A stretch of DNA of 64,000 nt. Origin: Octopus vulgaris (Eukaryota). The DNA lies in contig OX597827.1 of NCBI GenBank assembly GCA_951406725.2, forward strand, positions 59,148,001 through 59,212,000. The letters are read 5' to 3'. Positions 55,084 to 64,000 of this stretch are shown piece by piece; position 1 is the first letter of the stretch; the number at the start of each line of letters is the position of its first letter. The translations under genes were made by a program, and so were the position numbers. The notes under the pieces are model-generated. The model searched no databases, was not told where the DNA came from, and saw only the letters and a program-made list of their open reading frames with translations.

Positions 55084-55756
55084 AAAGGATGAAAAGCAAA
55101 ATTGACCTTGGTGGAAATTAAACCCAGAATGAAAAGAGGAAAGAAATGCCACTAAGCATTTTGCCTCGCAGGCTAACAACTCTGCTTGTTCATTGCCTCG
55201 AAATCTTATAATAATTCTGCTTGTCATTGCATTACTTAGCCCGATGGTAATGCTTTCATGTGATTAGAGATAAAGAGGTACAAAGAAAAGGAAAGAGAAA
55301 AGGAGGGAGGGAGAGCATCCATGACATGTGGTAGAAGGAATGTTAATTGTAAAGCTTTCACGTAATTAGCTGAAGGAAAAGAGAGAAGGGAGAAAAAGAG
55401 GATAAGACGAAGAATGAGATAGAAAGTGGGAGAAAGATAAAGCCTTTACTTTATTTGATTTCCAATGTGCATTTCTGCTTATTTTTCTTCTTACTTTCCC
55501 CTTACATTTCCATGTGTAGTTTATATTTTCTTTTTGTAACATATTTCCATTTTATATATATATATTTACTTGGAAATGGATGCATGGCAATCAATTAATA
55601 ATAATAATAATAATATATATATATTTATTTAATCAGCCGAAATTGCGAGGATGATCCGGTTCTTGACTGAAGATTGAAGGCTTCGAATGTCCTGTCCGTG
55701 CTTTTTGTATCGTCTTCTAAATGTTTTGCGTTCTTGTCCCAGTTTGTATTTTTTTT

Positions 55757-55792
<36 letters not shown>

Positions 55793-56442
55793 GCATATAC
55801 CGGAACAGGACGTCACCAACAGTAAATAACATGAAATACGAAAACAAATGAGTTAAATATGCAAATAACAAGAGAAAAAAAGGACAAGTAATACAAAGGA
55901 TGACCCTTCATCAGTAGTCAGCTGTCTATCTACTCTCCATTTCAAGCACACCATCACAAGAATGCCCAGGCAATGGTGCCACATAAAAAGCACCCAGTAC
56001 ACTCTTTAAAGTGGTTGGTTGCAGGAAGAGCATCCAGTTGTAGAAACTATGCCAGAACAAACTATGAAGCCTGGTGTGGTCCCATGGCCTTACTAGCTCG
56101 TGTCAAACTGTCCAACCCATGCCAGCATGGAATATGGACAATAAATGATGTATGTATGTGTGTGTGTGTACCCTTGTCTCGACATCATGTGATGGTTGTA
56201 AATTAGCATCACCACCATACAAGTGATGCTGTTCGTTTCTAGTCTTATGTGAAAAATGTCTGACCATGGAGGTATTTAACTTTGTTTGGAAGCAGGTGAA
56301 GGCAGGCAACAGAAAGGGCATCCATAGAAAATCTATCTCAACAAATTCTGTCTGATCCATGCAAGCATGGAAAAGTAGACATAAAAATGATAATAACGAT
56401 GATGATTACACACACATAGACATGAAAAATTAAAAAGCTTAC

Positions 56443-56565
56443 GTCTAAATCTGTTGCTTTTTCTTCTTCTCCTTCTTCATCTATTGTAAACTCAGCTTTC
56501 ATCTTCAAATATTCTTCATGTTCTCTTTTCTGTTCTTCTTCCTTTGCTTTCTGCTGAGCAAGTGC
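56443..56565 (-). CDS. DDRGK1: DDRGK1 coding exon: ALAQQKAKEEEQKREHEEYLKMKAEFTIDEEGEEEKATDLD
   Basis: tttttcag acceptor, GAC|gtaagc donor; 123 nt; conserved REHEEYLKxKxxFxxxEEG motif (UFM1-interacting region). Confidence 0.95.
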
Positions 56566-56584
56566 CTGAAAAATAATAAAAATG

Positions 56585-57028
56585 CTAATGATAATAATGG
56601 TTTCAAATTTTGGCACAAGGCTAGCAACTTCAGGGAAGGCGTTAAGTTCATTAAATTAACCACAGTGTACAACTGGTAACAACAACAATAATGATAATAA
56701 TGGTTTCAAATTTTGGCACAAGGCTAGCAACTTCAGGGAAGGCGTTAAGTTCATTAAATTAACCACAGTGTACAACTGGTAACAACAACAATAATGTTAA
56801 TAATGGTTTCAAATTTTGGCACAAGGCCAGCAACTTCAGGGAAGGCGTTAAGTTCATTAAATTAACCACAGTGTACAACTGGTAACAACAACAATAATGA
56901 TAATAATGGTTTCAAATTTTGGCACAAGGCCAGCAACTTCAGGGAAGGCGTTAAGTTCATTAAATTAACCACAGTGTACAACTGGTAACAACAATAATAA
57001 TGATAATAATGGTTTCAAATTTTGGCAT
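56585..57028. repeat. Minisatellite, 103-bp unit, about 4.3 copies
   Basis: tggtttcaaa recurs at 56598, 56701, 56804, 56907 and 57010. Confidence 0.95.
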
Positions 57029-57126
57029 AGGGCAGTAATTTTAGTGGAAGGGGATCAATCAATAACACTGACACAAATTCTTGACTGGTACTTTATTTAA
57101 TCGACCCAAAAAGTTCACCTTGCCAA

Positions 57127-57381
57127 CTCAAATGGTTTCAATTTTCAGCACATAACCAGCAATTTTCCAGGGAGGGGTTTAGTTGATGATGTCAGCCCAG
57201 TACTTGACTGATATTTAGTTTACCAACCCCTACAAGAGGATGAAAGGCATTGTTGACCCCAGCTCAAATGGTTTCAATTTTCAGCACATAACCAGCAATT
57301 TTCCAGGGAGGGGTTTAGTTGATTTCAGCCCAACTTGACTGATATTTAGTTTACCAACCCCTACAAGAGGATGAAAGGCAT
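57127..57381. repeat. Tandem duplication, about 136-bp unit, 2 copies
   Basis: ctcaaatggtttcaattttcagcac occurs at 57127 and 57263. Confidence 0.9.
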
Positions 57382-57964
57382 AGTTTTGATCCCAGTGGAA
57401 TTTGAACTCAGAACGTAGAGAGCCTGAACAAATACTGCAAGGTATATTTTTCCAATGATCTATGGATTCTGCCGGTTCATATCCTTAACAATAATAATTC
57501 TTTCTTTCTAATTTTGGCACAAAGCTAGCAATTTTAAAAGAGAAAGTATGTTGATTACTTAATCCCCAGATGCCATGCAGACAATTTGGTATGGCTGACT
57601 GGGCATTCATCTTGTTTTGGCCACTATACTTTTTAGCACTGAAACAAATACACGTGCATACACACACATACGTGTGCACAAAAGTATACACATAGATAGA
57701 AAGAGTAAGAGAGGTAGGGAAAGACATTACAGTTTATCAAATGAACTTGGTTGATATAAATAATTTCCCTCACCCCCAAAATATAAAGGGAGATAACTTG
57801 CACTCCATCAGTTATGTGACGTGGTCAGTCCTTTGAATTACTTGTTTTTGCCAGCTTAGTGGACTGGAACAACACGAAATAAAGCATTTCAATCAAGAAC
57901 ATAACTGCTGGGAACTGAGATCATGGCCTTACAATTCTGAGCCTGATACACTAATCACAAAGCC

Positions 57965-58410
57965 ATGTACCGATTGTGCCACAGGGGCAGCTACTTATGC
58001 ATACCTTTCCTTCTTGGGACACAAAACTCTGCTTGCGAAGACCTGTTGAGGCAAGTGAAATCGGAATCGAAATCGCTAAAAAAATCAATGGAGATTGTAG
58101 TTGTGATACCAGTGCTGGTGGCACGTAAAAGAACCATCCGAACGTGGCCGTTGCCAGCGCCGCCCCGACTGGCCTCCGTGCCGGTGGCACGTAGAAGTCA
58201 CCAACTGATTGTGGCCGTTGCCAGCTTCGCCTAGCACGTAAAAAGCACCCACTACACTCACGGAGTGGTTGGCGTTAGGAAGGGTATCCAGCTGTAGAAA
58301 CACTGCCAGATCAGACTGGGCCTGGTGCAGCCTCCTGGCATCCCAGACCCCAGTCAAACCGTCCAACCCATGCTAGCAAGGAAAGCAGACGTTAAACGAT
58401 GACGATGATG
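57965..58410 (+). mobile_element. SINE-like family C with internal ~60-bp repeats and (GAT)n tail
   Basis: Conserved ggagtggttggcgttaggaagggcatccagc block. Other copies at about 9680-10048, 34543-34770, 36345-36650, 37853-38140, 42297-42683, 49785-49958. Confidence 0.85.
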
Positions 58411-58853
58411 TACCCACACATAGAGAAAATATACTCACACACATAAACAGAGAAGGAACTAGGGAGAGAACGGAAAAAAACATTAAAACACCTTATGTCA
58501 AATAAGTCGGCATAGAACTAGTGATGCCAAAATGCCTGTGCCAAAACTTCTCCATGCCTTGTGATCAAACAGCCAGACTGTCTTAAAATCTGATAATTTC
58601 AGAACATGCCATATCAATATTAATATCCTTTTCTACCCTAGGCACAAAGCCCGAAATTTTAGGGGGGGGGGCAGTCGATTATATTGACCCCAGTATGCAA
58701 CTGGTACTTAATTTATTGACCCTGATTTTGAACTTAGAACGGATTTTGAACTTAGAACGTAAAGACAGATGAAATACTGCTAAGCATTTTGCCTGGCATG
58801 CTAATGTTTTTGCTAGCTCACCGACTTATATCGATATTAATATAGAAACTTAC

Positions 58854-58955
58854 CATTTCAGCTTCTTCTCGTTCCCGTTTTTTCTCCTCTTCTTTCTTTT
58901 TCGCCTCCTCGGCAGCTAACCGCTCCCTCTTCTCCTCACGTTCTATCTCCATTTG
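58854..58955 (-). CDS. DDRGK1: DDRGK1 coding exon (E/K/R-rich coiled coil): QMEIEREEKRERLAAEEAKKKEEEKKREREEAEM
   Basis: ttttacag acceptor, ATG|gtaagt donor; 102 nt, phase 0/0. Confidence 0.92.
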
Positions 58956-59220
58956 CTGTAAAAATGTAAACCATCAATACAATATAAACCAATATGCCAC
59001 AGACAGTAAAGCAATTGCAAGAGTTAAATGACTAGATCAAAAAACACAAACCAGTAGGATTAGATTGTCAACGGTCATCTCTACTAGCAGACAATTTAAC
59101 AAGGAGTACACACACCCTTATATACAAATATATATCGTTATTTACATTAGACGGATATTTATCCTCATCTTGTTCTCCTTAAATACCCAACATTTATTTT
59201 GCTTTCAGTCCAAACTTTAC

Positions 59221-59378
59221 CTCTCTCATTGCTTTTTTCTCTGCCTTTTCCTGTAGTTTACGCATCTTCTTGGCACCAATCTTGCCTTCAGGCATGGCAA
59301 TGTTGTCGAAAATACTTTCTTCATTATCCGAAAAACTTTGTTCCTCTCCTCTTCCCACATTAACAGGTGCATCATCAT
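59221..59378 (-). CDS. DDRGK1: DDRGK1 coding exon: DDAPVNVGRGEEQSFSDNEESIFDNIAMPEGKIGAKKMRKLQEKAEKKAMRE
   Basis: tcttgcag acceptor, GAG|gtaaag donor; carries the conserved GKIGAKKxRKLxEK motif of DDRGK1. Confidence 0.92.
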
Positions 59379-59488
59379 CTGCAAGAAAGATTGATTACAA
59401 TGAGTTAGATTCTAAACATCAAGCTATGCCTTCTATTCTCCACAACCTAACAACTACTTTTCTTTTGAATTTTTTCCACTATTTAGTC

Positions 59489-59780
59489 CAGGAATTCTCA
59501 ACTATTTTATTCTGGAGGACCCCACCAGAGCCATTCAATGTTTAAAAACTAGTTTTATAGAAACTTCTTTCCAAATTCCTATTTTGTTTTTCACCCATTA
59601 ACTTGTGTAAGCTGAACTATAAAAAATATTAGAGAAAGAAACCTAACTGTTTCTTGCAATACATACATCCAAAGTATAAATTTTTTAGGGGCCCTTAAAA
59701 TACTATTGTGGATCCCCAATTTGCTATTTTGTTGCATGGACCCCCAAAAATTTTATTTAGACCCTGGTTGGAAACCACTG
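59489..59780. mobile_element. hAT (Charlie-like) MITE; related copy at 53133-53461 and fragment near 37490-37600
   Basis: CAG...CTG ends and a perfect 8-bp TSD atttagtc; body shared with 53133-53461. Confidence 0.82.
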
Positions 59781-60422
59781 ATTTAGTCAGAGAGACAAGG
59801 GCATTGCCTGTGATCCTTTATTCTACAGGGCTTCCAAGACAGATAGGAAAGGAGGAAATGATCCTCAAATCAGAGAGCTAGGCCAAATGCTTGCAACAGA
59901 ATGAAGGCAATTAAAAGCATCTAAGGACCATGTTGTGGTGTTAAACAGAGTGACAGATACAAGTCTTCCACAACCCAAGAACTCAAAATACAAAGAGCTC
60001 AGACAGCTTCCACATGACATCTCAAACATTCTAACAATCACATCAATCTCACACTCTCAACTGGTACTATATTTTATCAACCACGAAAAAGAGGATTTGA
60101 TCTCAGAGTGTAGAGACACAGAACAAAAACAGTATGTCCTTATGTCCGACATTCAGCCACTTTGTTGCAAGAGAGAGAAGAACTGAACTGATTTAGGTTC
60201 AAAAGTGTTAAAATATTCTTCATAAGATGCAAGCATGGCTGTGTGGTTAGGAAGCTTGCTTTGCAATCATATGGTTTTGCGTTCAGTCCTCACTGCAAGG
60301 AATCTCAAGTGTCTCCTACAAAAGCTACATGCAGCCCAATGCCTTCTGAATGAATTTGGTAGACAGAAACTGAGTGAAAGTCTGTCATATACATACATTT
60401 TATATATGCGTGTGTGTGAGTA

Positions 60423-60454
<32 letters not shown>

Positions 60455-60795
60455 CGAACAAAACGCCCCACCCCATGTCCAATGGACAGTGCTGAGTTGT
60501 CAAACATTTAAACCAAATTTTCTCAAAACTACTTGTCCGACCGTCCCATAGGCCTCCCCTTTGAGAAACACTGATTTAACCTAAATTTGAGACACCAGCA
60601 AAAGAAGAAACAAAAATAGATTCTTTTCTATTCCAAAGAAAAACGATTCCCCATGGCTTTATCAATCACATTCTCACCTGGAATGGAATTTTGTAATTTT
60701 TACAAGACTTCTACACAAATTTGAGTGCAATCGAACGGAGGGTTTCCAAGATCCTAGAAGCCACACACACAGACAGACAGACAGAACTGATTATA

Positions 60796-61551
60796 TCTCT
60801 CTCTATATAAACGGCAGTTTGTCTGTGCGTGTTTCTGTGTGTCTGTTTTCTCGTACCCTCACTCTGACCACGGCTTTCAACCGATTCTGATGAAACTTGA
60901 CACACACATAGCCCAATGTCATAATTCAAAACTAACGCAGCGAAAATTTTGAAAAGTTCCCCCAGTTCTGAAAAAAAATCGATAAATTCGACATGGGGTC
61001 GAGAATGAGAAACCCAAACCACAGACCGTCTAGGGGACGCAACTCCACCTGTTTTAACTCTCAAAAAAAATTTACCATCATTTTTTTCCATTTTTTTGCT
61101 ATTTTTTGGCTATAACTCTCTAAAAATGCTTTATAGTTATTTCCTTACAAACCTGAGCAACGCCGGGCGATACTGCTATCTCTCTCTATATAAACGGCAG
61201 TTTGTCTGTGCGTGTTTCTGTGTGTCTGTTTTCTCGTACCCTCACTCTGACCACGGCTTTCAACCGATTCTGATGAAACTTGACACACACATAGCCCAAT
61301 GTCATAATTCAAAACTAACGCAGCGAAAATTTTGAAAAGTTCCCCCAGTTCTGAAAAAAATCGATAAATTCGACATGGGGTCGAGAATGAGAAACCCAAA
61401 CCACAGACCGTCTAGGGGACGCAACTCCACCTGTTTTAACTCTCAAAAAAAATTTACCATCATTTTTTTTCTATTTTTTGGCTATAACTCTCTAAAAATG
61501 CTTTATAGTTATTTCCCTTACAAACCTGAGCAACGGGCATGATACTGCTAG
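60796..61551 (+). mobile_element. Head-to-tail dimer of the same Helitron-like element in a DDRGK1 intron
   Basis: Units at 60796-61178 and 61179-61551; junction actgcta|tctctc; final CTAG-T. Confidence 0.8.
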
Positions 61552-62072
61552 TATATTTATATAATTTTTTAACATCTTTTTCCATGCTGGCATGGGTTGG
61601 ATGGTTTAACTGAAAATTGGGTTCCGATCTGATTTGGCATGGCTTCTACAGCTGAAAGTTTTTGCAGGAATGATAACCCGGTTTGCTTTGTTTACTTTCT
61701 TTTACTTGTTTCAGTCATTTGACTGTGGCTATGCTAGAGCACCGCCTTTAGTCAAGCAAATCGACCCCAGGACTTATTCTTTGTAAGCCTAGTACTTATT
61801 CTATCGGTCTCTTTTGCCGAACCACTAAGTTACGGTGACGTAAACACACAACCACTGTGTGCCTGTGTTTGGGTGGGGAGCAAACTAAGACACACACATA
61901 CATATATACGACAGGCTTCTTTTAGTTTCTGTCTACCAAATCCACTTTGGTAGACAGAAAATGAAAGAAGCCTGTTGCCCAAATTGCCCCGCAGTGGGAA
62001 TGAACCCGGAACCATGTAGTTGGTAAGCAAGCTATTTGCCACACAGCCACACCTGCGCCTATAAATGTGTGA

Positions 62073-62185
62073 TGCTTACAGCACCTAGGTTTCCCAAGTG
62101 GTCACTAAATACTAACTAGGCTCGACGTTGCTTAAGTTCAGTGATCGGATGAGAACCGGTGCTTTCAACGTGATATGGCCATAAT
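62073..62185 (-). pseudogene. 5S rRNA pseudogene in a DDRGK1 intron
   Basis: Reverse complement reads ...GGCCATATCACGTTGAAAGCACCGGTTCTCATCCGATCACTGAACTTAAGCAACGTCGAGCCTAGTTAGTA...GTGACCACTTGGGAAACCTAGGTGCTGTAAGC, matching metazoan 5S. The GGATGG of box C is deleted and several CpGs have decayed. Confidence 0.9.
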
Positions 62186-62363
62186 TAATTAACAAAGAAG
62201 ATTATCCCATTTGTCAAAGTTAACAGAAGGAAGGGTGTCAAGTAACAAAAAACAAAAAATAATAATCTATACCATGAATGTTAGTTAACACAGAAAAACT
62301 GACATAACATTGAAAAATCTGTAAGAAAAAAAAAACCCCAGAAAAAGTAAAGAAACCTCTTAC

Positions 62364-62468
62364 CTGAATCTCTCTCCAGTTGCATTCGCCGCCGAGCTAT
62401 CTTACGCCTGGCTCCAACTGGGATATTCTCACGAACAGGAACATTCTGTAGTCGGTGTACAGGTTCAG
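62364..62468 (-). CDS. DDRGK1: DDRGK1 coding exon (most 5' one found): EPVHRLQNVPVRENIPVGARRKIARRRMQLERDS
   Basis: Acceptor tttgaag, donor G|gtaaga; 105 nt, phase 1/1. The final G joins AT of the next exon to give Asp. The sequence is poorly conserved, so the assignment rests on position and phase. Confidence 0.7.
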
Positions 62469-63172
62469 CTTCAAATAGCAATGACAGAATATGTTAAATA
62501 CGGATTCAAACATTATCATAATTAATATGCTTTCATATTTTGGCACAAGGCTAGCAATTTGGTGGGAGAGGGAAAGCCAAATACATCGACCTCGGTGTCC
62601 AACCAGTACTGATTTTATCAACCCCGAAAGGATGAAGGGCAAAGCCAACCTTGGTGGAATTTGGACTCAGAGCGTAAAGATGGATGAAATGCCACTATGC
62701 ATTTTGCCTAACATGCTAATAATTCTGCTAGTTCACCACCTTATTATCGTAATTAATGTGGGCATTGATTAATGTGCTTGTTAATGAAAGAAGATAACAC
62801 ATGTACACAAATGTATTTGTACATATATAAATTTATATTTACAAGTATGACCTCAGACATATCTTTTATATTATGTTTTTTTCTTTTACTTGTTCTCAGT
62901 CATTAGATTGTGGCCATGCTGGGGCACTACCTTGAAGGCATTTAATGCAAATGAATCAACCCCAGAGCTTATTTCTTTTTACTTCTGGTACTTATTCTAT
63001 CAGTTTCTGCTGCTGAACTGCTAAGTTACAGGGACATAAATACACCAATACCAATTGTCAAGTGGTGATGGGTGACAAACACACAGACACTCACTCACAC
63101 ACATACAATATATACATACATATATGATTGACTGCTAACTCCAAAAGTCTTTTTTATTCTCTCTTTGTGTTC

Positions 63173-63208
63173 CTTTCTGTTGAAGAGCGTAGGCTCAAAA
63201 CGTAAAAG
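63173..63208 (+). ncRNA. Degenerate minimal hammerhead-like motif, same family as 17233-17268
   Basis: CUUU-CUGUUGA-A-GAGC-GUAG-GCUC-AAA-ACGU-A-AAAG (G12A mutated). Confidence 0.45.
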
Positions 63209-63436
63209 ACATTCTCACCTTCCTGAGCGTTAAACTAATACACCTGTTTATTGCTTATATACTTGTCTTCTTCGCCTTTTGTTTTCTTGTAAATTTCAAC
63301 TATATATATACATATAGTTGAAATTTCAGTGCAACTTTTCTGATGTTTCATTTTATTTTGTCACAATCAAAACCTCAGATGTTTTTATATATATGAAAAG
63401 GATTATATTATAAGGAATGCAAGTACTGTTTGTGAA

Positions 63437-63470
<34 letters not shown>

Positions 63471-64000
63471 GACATGTTTCTTTCAGTTTCCATCTACCAA
63501 ATCCACTCACAAGGCTTTGATCAGCCTGAGGCTATAGTAGGAGACAGTTGCCTATGGTGTCATGCAGTGGGACTGCATCCCTAGAACGATGTGGTTGGGA
63601 CATTAGCTTCTCACCACATGGCCACACCTGCACCTATGCAAGCTCCTTCAGAAAGACTTTCGGCATTCCTTCGATATAACTCGACAAAATTAAAACAGTT
63701 CACTTCAGATATTTCCGTGGAAGCAAATTTGTGGATTTTACATACACACACGAAACAGGTAAGAACAAATATACAAGACTTTTTTCTTCAAGTTTAAATA
63801 AAATGAGACATTGCTGGCATAATTTCGTTATATCTATTACTCTACAACCAACGGAAAATACCCGAAGTAAAATGTTATGATTTTGTCGAGTTATATCGAA
63901 GGAATGCCGAAAGACTGAGAAATCATCAGGTTTACAAAATTAACTAAAATATTAATGAATCACGAGATATTAAACGTTGTTCAATCGAATAGTGACACAA

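Noticed and set aside
55660-55950. CTGAAGA/CTGATGA motifs at about 55677, 55907 and 47221 as hammerheads
   Set aside because: Stems I and III could not be paired convincingly; at most these are decayed relatives.
56585-57028. Regular repeats as a CRISPR array
   Set aside because: Units are near-identical with no unique spacers, there are no cas genes, and the context is a eukaryotic intron.
62469-64000. DDRGK1 first (signal/transmembrane) exon
   Set aside because: No suitable ATG plus hydrophobic segment with a phase-1 donor was found; it probably lies beyond the window.

Overview
AT-rich eukaryotic genomic DNA full of microsatellites and SINEs. The repeat families and the tandem C2H2 gene point to a coleoid cephalopod, probably an octopus; that is inferred from recognised repeat types, not searched. 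Well-supported genes, both on the minus strand, are DDRGK1/UFBP1 (7 phase-consistent coding exons at 62468-52005; the first, transmembrane exon was not found) and a single-coding-exon 11-finger C2H2 gene (41025-42104). A third minus-strand exon chain at about 2.5-15 kb has an unrecognised product and an in-frame TGA. The rest is transposon-derived: four SINE-like families; RTE, L1/Tx1, Penelope and Jockey/CR1-like retroelement relics; two mariner relics; hAT-, piggyBac- and Merlin-like MITEs; non-autonomous Helitrons; and a 5S rRNA pseudogene. The most unusual signal is a set of short non-coding modules between (TA)n tracts that carry hammerhead-ribozyme-like cores with palindromic stem III and/or form long fold-back palindromes. 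Together with a Penelope RT relic, this suggests a family of Penelope-derived ribozyme/fold-back elements. Most ORFs in the supplied track are microsatellite or SINE artefacts. Coordinates were read by eye, and repeat boundaries are approximate.
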